Shown: positions 1 through 11,222 of the stretch, one piece after another
How the letters are laid out: the number at the start of each line of letters is the position of its first letter
Position numbering within the stretch: the first letter of the stretch is position 1
Source of the DNA: Nitrososphaeria archaeon
GTDB taxonomy: Archaea > Thermoproteota > Nitrososphaeria > Nitrososphaerales > JARVJX01
NCBI GenBank assembly: GCA_029775995.1
Contig: JARVJX010000006.1
Coordinates: forward strand, 1-24,000
Reading direction: 5' to 3'
Length of the DNA stretch: 24,000 bases
Program-made: the position numbers and the translations under genes
Notes under the pieces: generated by a model
Seen by the model: only the letters and a program-made list of their open reading frames with translations
Databases searched by the model: none
What the model was told of the DNA's origin: nothing

Positions 1-130
1 AGTTCATCTTGCTGACCTCCCTCCTCCAACTCTTGACAAACTCAAGATCCAAGAGGAGCTCGCCCTGCCTGACATACTTGGCATCTATCTCTTTCCAGTT
101 CATTCCATCAAGGAGGTACAGAATGCTCAT
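1..130 (-). CDS. partial ORF (first 43 aa, continues off the left edge); possible IS transposase N-terminus
   Basis: Minus-strand ATG at 130-128 is the first ATG after an in-frame TAA. It reads MSILYLLDGMNWKEIDAKYVRQGELLLDLEFVKSWRREVSKMN... The W-x-E...V-R-x-G-E-L-L-L-D...W..E...MN pattern recalls N-termini of archaeal IS5-type transposases (from memory, unsearched). It is absent from the ORF track because it is open at the window edge. Confidence 0.35.
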   Translation of the reverse strand, partial: MSILYLLDGMNWKEIDAKYVRQGELLLDLEFVKSWRREVSKMN

Positions 131-234
131 AAGAAAAAGTATGTCGAAAAAGATTGAGCAAATAGTTAGTTATGCACCAACCCACTTAATACATCTCCTG
201 TAACTTCACTAACAGCCTATCTTAAATCCAAAGG

Positions 235-1701
235 CTAATAGAGAAGCTTAACATCGTGAGGCAAATTTTCCCTTATACTAGCTTCTGATATTAAAATGAA
301 TTCAGCCTTTTCTTGGAGCTCCCTTATAGTTGATGCCCCACAATAGCTCATTCCAGAACGCAATCCTCCTACCAATTTAGCTATTACTTCAGTAGTCTTC
401 CCTTTATAGGGTACCATGGCTTCCACTCCTTCAGGAACATACTCAAGAAGCTCCGATTCGTCAATTTCCTCTAAGCCTTTCTCTCTAATCTTTCTATCTA
501 TAGCAGCAGCAAGAGATGCCATACCTCTACTCATTTTATATCTACCATCAGGTCTTATGATAGTTATACCTGGGCTCTCATCGGTTCCAGCCAACAAACT
601 TCCTATCATTACACTTGATGCTCCAGCTGCTAAAGCTTTAGTTATATCTCCAGAATTTCTTATACCTCCATCAGCAATTATGGGTATATTGTATTCATGG
701 GCTATCTTTGCACAATTTAAAATGGCGGTAAGCTGAGGAACCCCTGCTCCTGTAACTATTCTCGTGATACATATGGAGCCTGAACCAACCCCTACTTTTA
801 CAGCATCTACTCCAGCATCTATAAGATCCTTCACCCCTTGTGGTGTTGCTACATTCCCAGCAATAACCTCCACTTTACTAAACTTCTCTTTTATCTTTGA
901 TGCAGCTTTTATGGCTAAATCGGAGTGTCCATGGGCTATATCAATAACTAAAACATCACAATCTACTTGAATTAGAGCTTCTGCCCTTTCAAAATAATCA
1001 CCTTTTACCCCTATAGCAGCCCCTACCCTTAACCTCCCTTTAGAATCCTTACAGGCTTCTGGATATTCTTCCCTTTTAACTATGTCCTTTGCTGTAATCA
1101 AACCTTTAAGCTTACCAAATTCATCTACTATGGGCAATTTTTCAATTTTATTAGCTTTTAAAATTTCCTTAGCCTCATATATACTCGTACCTTCTGGTGC
1201 AGTAATTACATCCTTAGTCATTACATCCTTTACCAACAATTGGTCTCTTTCTTCAAATTTAATATCCCTAGTTGTTATTATACCCACTACTCTACTATTC
1301 TCATCAATTACCACTATTCCCCCAATTCCATATTGAGCCATCAATTCCTTTGCTTCTTCCAAGCTTCTATCTGGAGAGATGGTTATGGGCTTCTCAATCA
1401 GTATGCTCTCTGACCTCTTAACCCTAACTATCTCCCTAACTTGCTGCTCAATGGATAAAAATCTGTGAACTATTCCTATTCCTCCCAGTCTAGCCATAGC
1501 TATTGCCATAGCTGATTCTGTAACAGTATCCATATTGGCGCTAACTATGGGGATATTTAGCTCAATATTTCTTGAGAGAATGCTTTTAGTACTTATATTT
1601 TTTCTAGATTCTACACTTGATCTCTTTGGAATTAGGAGTACATCATCAAAGGTTATTCCTTCCTTTATTCTATCAAAGGGCTTCAAATTCTTCCCTAGCA
1701 C
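235..1701 (-). CDS. guaB: inosine-5'-monophosphate dehydrogenase with a CBS-pair insert
   Basis: 488 aa. It has the N-terminal TFDDVLLIP motif, the SANMDTV motif, two CBS-like repeats (about residues 95-210), the catalytic Cys loop [11 protein letters not shown], and [17 protein letters not shown]. The start codon is GTG (rc of 1699-1701). The first in-frame ATG lies inside the conserved ANMDTV motif, so the GTG start is required. Confidence 0.95.
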   Translation of the reverse strand: MLGKNLKPFDRIKEGITFDDVLLIPKRSSVESRKNISTKSILSRNIELNIPIVSANMDTVTESAMAIAMARLGGIGIVHRFLSIEQQVREIVRVKRSESILIEKPITISPDRSLEEAKELMAQYGIGGIVVIDENSRVVGIITTRDIKFEERDQLLVKDVMTKDVITAPEGTSIYEAKEILKANKIEKLPIVDEFGKLKGLITAKDIVKREEYPEACKDSKGRLRVGAAIGVKGDYFERAEALIQVDCDVLVIDIAHGHSDLAIKAASKIKEKFSKVEVIAGNVATPQGVKDLIDAGVDAVKVGVGSGSICITRIVTGAGVPQLTAILNCAKIAHEYNIPIIADGGIRNSGDITKALAAGASSVMIGSLLAGTDESPGITIIRPDGRYKMSRGMASLAAAIDRKIREKGLEEIDESELLEYVPEGVEAMVPYKGKTTEVIAKLVGGLRSGMSYCGASTIRELQEKAEFILISEASIRENLPHDVKLLY

Positions 1702-1746
1702 TATCTAAAAGACCTATTAAAAAGTTTAAGTATAGTAAGTTTTATT

Positions 1747-1755
1747 AAATATAAA
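1747..1755 (+). promoter_or_regulatory. TATA-like box upstream of tRNA-Leu
   Basis: AAATATAAA is centred about 30 nt upstream of the tRNA 5' end at 1781. This matches archaeal TATA spacing with a short leader. Confidence 0.35.
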
Positions 1756-1780
1756 CTGTTCTTTGATTATTAGATAGTTT

Positions 1781-1881
1781 GCGGGGGTAGCCTAGCCTGG
1801 CCAAAGAGGGCTCTTGGATGCGCAGGACTTAAGATCCTGTCCCTTAGGGGTTCGTGGGTTCAAATCCCATCCCCCGCACCA
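1781..1881 (+). tRNA. tRNA-Leu (anticodon UAA), genomically encoded CCA, with an extra 11-13 nt between D-arm and anticodon stem (putative non-canonical intron)
   Basis: Acceptor GCGGGGG (1781-1787) pairs with CCCCCGC (1871-1877). Discriminator is A1878 and CCA is 1879-1881. Anticodon arm is CAGGA-CTTAAGA-TCCTG (1823-1839) with anticodon TAA at 1830-1832. The long variable arm is CCC-TTA-GGG. The T arm is GTGGG-TTCAAAT-CCCAT (1854-1870). The body is 98 nt, about 11-13 nt longer than a type II tRNA-Leu. Confidence 0.85.
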
Positions 1882-1899
1882 TACTCAAAGCCCAAAATG

Positions 1900-1924
1900 A
1901 GCCAAAATTGAGTTCTTTTTGGCT
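1900..1924 (+). terminator. hairpin plus T-tract downstream of the tRNA
   Basis: A perfect 8-bp inverted repeat, AGCCAAAA (1900-1907) / TTTTGGCT (1917-1924), encloses TTCTTTTT (1913-1920). Oligo-T tracts act as archaeal terminators. Confidence 0.35.
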
Positions 1925-2119
1925 AAAAGACGCTAAAATCTTTCTTGGTTTTTGCGTATTAAAGCTATTTCACTTCTAGGTTTGGATGGTGTCAAGATAG
2001 CCATTGATGAGCACCCAATTATATATAGCTATAAAGGCCTTAAGGAATCTTGCTATGGATGCTATGGTTAAATTGACTGTAAAGCAGTTTATAATTTTTT
2101 GAGCTTAGCTTTGATTATT

Positions 2120-2176
2120 CTTAAACTAACTCTCGGTTCTTAAACTAACTCTCGGTTCTTAAACTAACTCTCGGTT
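2120..2176. repeat. perfect tandem repeat, 3 x 19 bp (CTTAAACTAACTCTCGGTT)
   Basis: Identical copies at 2120-2138, 2139-2157 and 2158-2176. A partial copy extends it by 2 nt on the left (TT, 2118-2119) and 1 nt on the right (C, 2177). There are no spacers, so it is not CRISPR. Confidence 0.95.
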
Positions 2177-2185
2177 CAGCTCCTT

Positions 2186-2671
2186 TCACCAAATTTTTAT
2201 GCTAATGTTTAATACAAGGCTCTTCAATACTTTATACCATTCCTTGTATACAGGGATGATAGGTTTATTATCACATATTGAAGAGCATACCAAAGGATGG
2301 CTCTTCATCTAGCTTGAACCAGTAAAGGATCCTGCTCGTTAGAAGCTCCCGCTATCCATATCTAGCAGCCCAAATGAATAGATGCTCCTTACCCAGCTTG
2401 TCTTACTCTCATCTAAAGCTATGCACTTTCTAGGCTTTCTCTAGGCTTTGGTAAGAATCTTTCAAGGCTTTATACCACAGATTGAAGGCTTCATAGAGAA
2501 GACCCAAGAGACCTTCCTATAGGATGATCCAGAGAAGTAGATCAAGGCTTTAAGGATTGGTCTCTAAGGAGACTTTATTCCTCCTAAATACTTTGATGCT
2601 CTAACCCTTTCCAGCAGAAGATCAAGGGCAGGCATAAGCCCATATAGGGCAGTCAAGATAAAATATAACAC
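2186..2671 (-). pseudogene. degraded DDE transposase remnant, IS6-like, riddled with in-frame stops
   Basis: A single minus-strand frame reads (x = stop): LYFILTALYGLMPALDLLLERVRASKYLGGIKSPxRPILKALIYFSGSSYRKVSWVFSMKPSICGIKPxKILTKAxRKPRKCIALDESKTSWVRSIYSFGLLDMDSGSFxRAGSFTGSSxMKSHPLVCSSICDNKPIIPVYKEWYKVLKSLVLNISIKIWx. ILKALIYFSGSSYRKVS resembles the HTH of archaeal IS6-type transposases. CIALDESK...FGLLDMDSG resembles their (C)IAVDET...WAAIDVD first-Asp region (from memory). Region GC looks like coding DNA rather than intergenic. Confidence 0.4.
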
Positions 2672-2840
2672 TCAAGCATCTTAGACAAAAGAGTAAAAAC
2701 CTTATCTTGGCATCATCGATTTTCTTAACCCGAAAGTTAATAGTTATCTTTTGATAGTAGAAGAAATGAATTTTTTATAGCACTTTGTCAAATTTTATAG
2801 ATATTATTGTCTTAGATAGCAAGTTAAGATAGCATAATGT

Positions 2841-3464
2841 ATGTCCAAGTTTAGTTCTCAATGGGATGCCCCTCCAAAGAAGTTAGGAAATGTAAGGTTT
2901 AATAGCACAGCCTTAAAAGAAATTCTAACAGAGGCTCAAAACAAGTTAAAGATTCAGATAAATAGATTAGATATGATTATGGCTGATGTGGTATCAAGGG
3001 ATCATAAGCTCTTTTCAGAGCTGATTAAACATTTAGAACAAAATAATAAAGATAAAGCCAATGTAATTGCTGTTGAATTATCTCAACTGAGAAAGGTTCA
3101 GAATATGCTATTAAAATCTAAGATGGCTCTAGAGCAGATAATCCTTAGAATTGGGACAGTTACAGATCTCGGAGATGTGACCTATACCCTAGCTCCAGCA
3201 GTAAGAGCTTTAAAGAATGTAAGGAAGGATATGGCTATAGTATCTCCTGAAGCTGATAGCACTTTTGGAGAAATTACCACTAACTTAAGTAACATACTCA
3301 CTGCAGCAACTCAAAGCGAAACCTTTAACATGGATTTATCCACTAATAGCGATGAAGCAGCTAAGATCGTTGAAGAAGCTGCCTCTATTGCCGAATTGAA
3401 GCTTAGAACTAGAATACCTGAGCCTTCTTCATCCAATTTGGTAAAGGAAGCTGAGGCTACTTAA
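2841..3464 (+). CDS. ESCRT-III / Snf7-family (CdvB-like) protein
   Basis: 207 aa and predominantly helical. It has a long N-terminal hairpin-like heptad region (KLKIQINRLDMIMADVVSRDHKLFSELIKHLEQNNKDKANVIAVELSQLRKVQNMLLKSKMALEQIILRI). This is followed by TVTDLGDVTYTLAPAVRALKNVRKDMAIVSPEADSTFGEITTNL, which matches the Snf7 pattern. The C-terminus is acidic. Assignment is by pattern recognition only. Confidence 0.6.
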   Translation: MSKFSSQWDAPPKKLGNVRFNSTALKEILTEAQNKLKIQINRLDMIMADVVSRDHKLFSELIKHLEQNNKDKANVIAVELSQLRKVQNMLLKSKMALEQIILRIGTVTDLGDVTYTLAPAVRALKNVRKDMAIVSPEADSTFGEITTNLSNILTAATQSETFNMDLSTNSDEAAKIVEEAASIAELKLRTRIPEPSSSNLVKEAEAT

Positions 3465-3466
3465 GG

Positions 3467-4384
3467 TTACTTAAAAAGAGATAAGAGGAAGGAAGAAAGC
3501 CTAACTTCATCCTTACTATTTTTTATTATAATGTCTTCAAATAAGGGCTTTATACCTAAATTCTTTACTTCATCTAAAAGGGAAGCATCACTAGAATGCA
3601 TAACAAAGAACTCTAAAAAGTCGGAGTAAAGTTTAGCTACTGTTAATGGTGAAACTTCTAACCCTAAACCCTCCATCATCTTTCCAGCAGGTCCACTCAG
3701 CGGATTTTTTCCTATTATGGGGCTAACAGCTATGACCCTCTTACCTCTTAAAGCTTCTCTAAGCTTTTTAAGGCTTAAAATGGGAGAAATGCTACTTAAA
3801 GGATTCCCTGGACATACCAGGATGAATTTAGCCCTCTCTATGTATTCTAAAGCTTTAGGAAGGGCTTTAGCCCTCTCTTTCCCTTTGTATATAATATCTA
3901 AAACTTTATCTTTGGCTTTATTCTTGACCCAAAATTCTTGTAAGTGCATAGGTCCCTTATTGGTAATTATCCAAGTTTCTAATCTATCATTGGTGCAAGG
4001 TAATATCTCTTGCCTAACTTTATATTTCTTACATAGAATTTTTGTTATCTCATCTAACCTTTTTCCTTCCTTCAGAAGTTTTGTTCTTATAATATGAGTA
4101 GCTAAATCTCTATCACCTAATAAAAACCAATTCTCATAACCTAATTGGGAAAGCTGTTCATTAAACATGAAAGTATCATCTCTTACTCCCCAACCTCTTT
4201 GCAAATCTAAATTCTCACTTAGCCCATACATTATGGTGTCTAAATCAGGGCAAATATACAATCCATGATACCAAAAGTTATCCCCCACATTCCCTATTAT
4301 TTTTAAATCCTTTGGTTCTAGAAGCTTTGATAAGCCTCTAACTAACTTTACAGATCCAGTACCTCCAGCTAAAACCACTATCAT
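3467..4384 (-). CDS. cofD: 2-phospho-L-lactate transferase (LPPG:FO transferase), F420 biosynthesis
   Basis: 305 aa. Motifs: MIVVLAGGTGSVKLVRGL N-terminus, GDNFWYHGLYICPDLDTIMYGL, RGWGVRDDTF, WFLLGDRDLATHIIR, and CPGNPLSSISPIL. The ATG overlaps the cofE stop (ATGA at 4384-4381). Confidence 0.9.
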   Translation of the reverse strand: MIVVLAGGTGSVKLVRGLSKLLEPKDLKIIGNVGDNFWYHGLYICPDLDTIMYGLSENLDLQRGWGVRDDTFMFNEQLSQLGYENWFLLGDRDLATHIIRTKLLKEGKRLDEITKILCKKYKVRQEILPCTNDRLETWIITNKGPMHLQEFWVKNKAKDKVLDIIYKGKERAKALPKALEYIERAKFILVCPGNPLSSISPILSLKKLREALRGKRVIAVSPIIGKNPLSGPAGKMMEGLGLEVSPLTVAKLYSDFLEFFVMHSSDASLLDEVKNLGIKPLFEDIIIKNSKDEVRLSSFLLSLFK

Positions 4385-5130
4385 CGAAAGAGATCCTTCT
4401 CCGCCCTTCTAATCATCTTCTTGATGCTTGCTCTTCCCCTTAAGTAAGGATAACCTCTTATCAGAGCTATGGGGGTATTATCTAATTTTCCCATAACCAA
4501 TTCTGCTGAAGAAGCTAACTCATCAGCCACAGCTATCACAGTGGCCTTCAATTCGTAACCATGACTATCTACTCTCCCTCTGTAATTTAATAGGGGTTCT
4601 AATCCAGCTATTCCTATAGCAAAATTCACTTGACCTTCCCTCCAAGGTCTACCAAAGGTATCTGATATTATAATAGCGATATCCTTTCCTGTTAAATCCT
4701 TTATCTCCCTTCTAAGAGCTTTAGCTGAAAAATCAGGATTCTTAGGAAGTAAGCTAACTCTTTCATTACCCACATTAGATTGATCAACCCCTGCATTAGC
4801 GCATATAAAGCCCTGATGAGTTTCACATATGATTATACCTCTATCCATTTTAACTATCCTCTTTGTTTCTCTTAGAATTACCTCAACTAACCTTTCATCT
4901 TTATCAAGAAGCTTAGATATTTTTTTAGCAAATTCTGAAGGTTTAACTTCCTTTAAATTCACCAAATTTCCTTCGGCCTTTGATACTATCTTTTGGGTAA
5001 TAACGAGAATATCACCATCCAAAAGCTCCAAATTTTCTTCTTTAAGGGCTTCCAAAATGATCTCTGATAAATTATCCCCTTCCTTTATATCCCTAGAAAT
5101 CCTTAATCCTATTACCCTTATCTCCTTCAT
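4381..5130 (-). CDS. cofE: coenzyme F420-0:L-glutamate ligase
   Basis: 249 aa. Motifs: GDILVITQKIVSKAEG, ICANAGVDQSN, and ISDTFGRPWREGQVNFAIG. It overlaps both neighbours by ATGA. Confidence 0.9.
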   Translation of the reverse strand: MKEIRVIGLRISRDIKEGDNLSEIILEALKEENLELLDGDILVITQKIVSKAEGNLVNLKEVKPSEFAKKISKLLDKDERLVEVILRETKRIVKMDRGIIICETHQGFICANAGVDQSNVGNERVSLLPKNPDFSAKALRREIKDLTGKDIAIIISDTFGRPWREGQVNFAIGIAGLEPLLNYRGRVDSHGYELKATVIAVADELASSAELVMGKLDNTPIALIRGYPYLRGRASIKKMIRRAEKDLFR

Positions 5131-6002
5131 TTAAATACAATCCTATTTCTTAAACTTCCTATCCCCTCCACAAAGCACTCTACTATATCCCCATCTTCCA
5201 AATATTTTGGCTCTGGCTTATAGAAAGCTCCAACACCGCTTGGAGTTCCAGTAGCTATTATATCTCCAGGCTCTAGGGTTATTCCTTGAGATAACCAGGA
5301 TACTATCTTTGATGATTTATAAATCATAAATTTAGTTGAAGAGTTTTGCCTCAATTCTCCATTAACTTTGCAGCTAAGAGTCAAGTTATCAGGATTAAGC
5401 TCATCCTTGGTAACAATCCAAGGTCCTATAGGGGCGAAGGTATCTAAGCTCTTACCTCTTGTCCACTGCTTATCCTTAAACTGTAAATCTCTTGCAGAAA
5501 TATCATTAAAGCAAATGTATCCAAATACATAACCCAATGCTCTTTCCTCTGAAACTCTCTTAGCCTTCTTACCTATTATTATAGCTAATTCAACCTCATA
5601 ATCCACCTGCTTTGTTATTGGAGGCACTATAACATCATCGTAAGGTCCATTTATACAGGTTCTAGGCTTTAGAAAGATAGGAGGTTCATCTGGAATAGGC
5701 ATATTCGACTCTTTAGCATGATCGTAGTAGTTTAATCCTAGGCATATAATCTTAGGAGGATCTAAGAGAGGAGGTAAGACTTTACTAACATCGCTTAAAA
5801 GGATACCCTCCTCATCTTTGTAACCTTGAAGATCTAGAAATTTTTGTTGATAATTTTCCCAGCTTTCTATCAACTGCTCCAAATTCTTTGGGAAAGATAA
5901 TTTTAGAATTTTTTCCAAAGTGCCCTTTGGGATAATTTTATCTTCATATAAAATCCCATAATCCTCTTCATTATCCCTTACGTATCTTATCCATTTAACC
6001 AT
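5127..6002 (-). CDS. fumarylacetoacetate hydrolase (FAH) family protein
   Basis: 291 aa. Motifs: KIICLGLNYYDHAKE, PIFLKP, VDYEVELAIIIGKKAK, FNDISARDLQ, QWTRGKSLDTFAPIGPWIV, and GDIIATGTPSGVG. It is the first gene of the overlapping FAH-cofE-cofD unit. Confidence 0.9.
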   Translation of the reverse strand: MVKWIRYVRDNEEDYGILYEDKIIPKGTLEKILKLSFPKNLEQLIESWENYQQKFLDLQGYKDEEGILLSDVSKVLPPLLDPPKIICLGLNYYDHAKESNMPIPDEPPIFLKPRTCINGPYDDVIVPPITKQVDYEVELAIIIGKKAKRVSEERALGYVFGYICFNDISARDLQFKDKQWTRGKSLDTFAPIGPWIVTKDELNPDNLTLSCKVNGELRQNSSTKFMIYKSSKIVSWLSQGITLEPGDIIATGTPSGVGAFYKPEPKYLEDGDIVECFVEGIGSLRNRIVFK

Positions 6003-6165
6003 CTTTAATATCAGAAAGGCTTTGCTTTTTAAGATTATCCTTAGCTATCTCAGCACTCATGGAAGATCTAACCATAATATAGCACATAATGGTTTTGTAG
6101 GCTTACAATTCCATTTCTCATATATATTTATGTTACACACGTGAGGAAATATAAATAAACAAAAA

Positions 6166-7731
6166 TTAAGCTTTTTTCCTCCTTTTAAATCCTACCATAA
6201 AGCTAAGAATAGAGATAAAAAGGCCAATTTGAGATAACAGAGGACTTTGAGTGTAAATTAAGGCTGATGCTATTAGGCTTGAAGCTGATATTATGGAACC
6301 TATTAGTAGAGGGTCTGTTGAGGGATTTGAACCTCTCTTAACATTACTTATTTGAGAAACCTCAAGAAAGGACTTTAGCATGGGAAAAACCTCAATACTT
6401 GATGAAAGAGCCTTTGTGAATTTGTTAAAGCTTTGCTTTATCTCTTCCATATAAGCTTCTCTAACTAAACCCTCCTCTTCAAGAAGGGTCTGCAAAACTT
6501 TAATAAACTGAAATTTGGGGTCTAAGGTCAAACATAATCCCTCTAAAATGGTGCTCATTCTCATATATAGTACAAGATGTTTAGGCAATTTGAAGGGAAA
6601 TTGGTAGATGGTTCTATTAGCTATCTGCATTAAAGCCTTAACTTCCATCTCTTCAACCTTTTTACCGTACATGCTTCTTATAGCCAACTCAACCCCTTTC
6701 TCAATTACAAAGCGATTAGCATCAGGCTGTAAAGCCTCTAACTCTAAGAGCATATTCACCACTTGAGATGGGTTCTTCTCAGTTAAGGCTAAATATAATC
6801 TTACTAATCTAAGCCTCGTAGTTGCATCTAAACTTCCCACCATTCCAAAATCATAAAGTATTATCTTATTATCTTCTGTAACTGAGATGTTACCAGGATG
6901 GGGATCAGCATGAAAAATATCCTGAGTTAAAAGCATCTTCAAAAAGAGCTTATCTACTTTTACAGCCAATTCTCTTGGATCTAAGCCCAAATTCTTCAAA
7001 CTTTCTAGGTCAGTTATTTTTATCCCTTTTATATATTCCATTATAATGACCCTTTTAGTAGTATATTCATGGTATACCTTTGGTATAATCACATCCTTAT
7101 CCCTTAAAAAGGCTCTTATCCTCTCCAAATTTGAAGCTTCTTTTAAGTAATCCATCTCCTCAAAGATGGTTTCAGAGAATTGATCTAAAACCGATTCAAG
7201 GGAGAAGAGAATTGAAGGATCAAGAAATCTTTTAAGTAAGGGTAAAGCCCTCTTCATAACCCTAATGTCCCTTTCTACAGTTTCCCTTATATTGGGCCTA
7301 TTCACCTTAACAACTACATCCTTACCTTTTAGCTTTGCCCTATAAACTTGAGCTAAGCTTGCACCCGCTATTGCATCTTCATTAAAGGATTCAAAGATAT
7401 CTTCAATTTTGCCTAGGTCCTCTTCAATTATTGGCTTTACTTTACTAAAATCATCAGCAGGCACTTCATCTTGCAGTTTAGAAAATTCATCTAGGTAAGC
7501 CTGAGGCAATATATCAGGTCGAGCTGAGAGTAATTGACCTAACTTTATAAAAGAGGGACCTAATTCTATAAAGGTTTTAACGGCTTTACTTGCCTCCTTT
7601 CTTACTTTTTCATAATCTATTTCCCTATCTTTACCTTTAAGGAGCTTTCTTCTAACTCTCCTATAGCGATAAATTATCGGCGCTAACTTTAAGGCTATTT
7701 TTATAAGCCTTAAATTCTCTTCCTTTAACAA
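6166..7731 (-). CDS. ABC1/UbiB atypical kinase family protein with a C-terminal membrane segment
   Basis: 521 aa. Motifs: GPSFIKLGQLLSARPDILP, IAGASLAQVYRAKL, VVVKVNRPNI, FHADPHPGNI, and ILYDFGMVG. The C-terminal stretch is hydrophobic. The start codon is TTG (rc of 7729-7731), and the next in-frame ATG lies deep inside the domain. Confidence 0.9.
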   Translation of the reverse strand: MLKEENLRLIKIALKLAPIIYRYRRVRRKLLKGKDREIDYEKVRKEASKAVKTFIELGPSFIKLGQLLSARPDILPQAYLDEFSKLQDEVPADDFSKVKPIIEEDLGKIEDIFESFNEDAIAGASLAQVYRAKLKGKDVVVKVNRPNIRETVERDIRVMKRALPLLKRFLDPSILFSLESVLDQFSETIFEEMDYLKEASNLERIRAFLRDKDVIIPKVYHEYTTKRVIIMEYIKGIKITDLESLKNLGLDPRELAVKVDKLFLKMLLTQDIFHADPHPGNISVTEDNKIILYDFGMVGSLDATTRLRLVRLYLALTEKNPSQVVNMLLELEALQPDANRFVIEKGVELAIRSMYGKKVEEMEVKALMQIANRTIYQFPFKLPKHLVLYMRMSTILEGLCLTLDPKFQFIKVLQTLLEEEGLVREAYMEEIKQSFNKFTKALSSSIEVFPMLKSFLEVSQISNVKRGSNPSTDPLLIGSIISASSLIASALIYTQSPLLSQIGLFISILSFMVGFKRRKKA

Positions 7732-7762
7732 GCTAACTTATAGTGAAATTTGTAATTTATAT

Positions 7763-8116
7763 TTATTTCTCAAAGAGCTTCTTTATAAAGTTAAAAAGCC
7801 TATAGGATAAAAAACTTGTAACTATAAAGGTGAGAAAAGCAGCTAGCAAACCCTTTTGTCTTGATGCTACTAACCCTCCTATGCCTGTACTTATAACCAA
7901 CTCAGGAGTATCTGATAAGAGATGCTTTAAGGGCTCTTTTCTAGGATCGTATTTATCTATATGAAGAGTAAAAAATTCATCATACTCTCTAATGTGTATG
8001 CCATCTCCATAGCGATACTGTTTTTTAGAACCTTTTTTAAAGCCCAAATTTGTCTCTTCTACACCATTAATTAACTCTGGCATAACCTCTTTTTTTATTC
8101 TTATCTCATTATTCAC
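7763..8116 (-). CDS. hypothetical small protein with C-terminal transmembrane helices
   Basis: 117 aa. GTG start at 8116 lies about 23 nt downstream of a TATA-like TTTTTATATTTTA, which fits a leaderless arrangement. The C-terminal ISTGIGGLVA...LLAAFLTFIVTSFLSY segment is hydrophobic. It sits 31 nt upstream of the UbiB gene on the same strand. I do not recognise a family. Confidence 0.5.
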   Translation of the reverse strand: MNNEIRIKKEVMPELINGVEETNLGFKKGSKKQYRYGDGIHIREYDEFFTLHIDKYDPRKEPLKHLLSDTPELVISTGIGGLVASRQKGLLAAFLTFIVTSFLSYRLFNFIKKLFEK

Positions 8117-8119
8117 AAA

Positions 8120-8149
8120 AGAGCTTACATAATAAAATATAAAAATTTT
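8120..8149 (-). terminator. T-rich rRNA-operon terminator overlapping the TATA box of the downstream gene
   Basis: The minus strand reads GAAAATTTTTATATTTTATTATG immediately after the 23S processing stem (which ends at 8150). The T5 run fits an archaeal terminator. The same AT block serves as the TATA for the 8116 start. Confidence 0.4.
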
Positions 8150-8190
8150 CCGTGCACATTCTTTACGCCTTTACTATAACCTAATAAGAC
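8150..8190 (-). other. 3' arm of the 23S rRNA processing stem (pairs with 11223-11264)
   Basis: rc(8150-8190) = GTCTTATTAGGTTATAGTAAAGGCGTAAAGAATGTGCACGG. 11223-11264 = GTCTTATTAGGCTATAGTAAATGCTTACGCGAATGTGCACGG. Matches run 11, 9, 2 and 12 nt, with an asymmetric mismatch region (GTAAA vs TTACGC) where a bulge-helix-bulge endonuclease site would be expected. Confidence 0.8.

Positions 8191-11222
<3,032 letters not shown>

Noticed and set aside
9-203. Plus-strand 64-aa ORF at the left edge.
   Set aside because: Its sequence is unprotein-like (LLQLLTNSRSKRSS...). The opposite strand gives a better partial ORF with an ATG start that runs off the window (1-130).
2118-2177. Tandem 19-bp repeat considered as a mini-CRISPR array.
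   Set aside because: The copies are directly adjacent with no spacers, the unit is too short, and no cas genes or leader are nearby.
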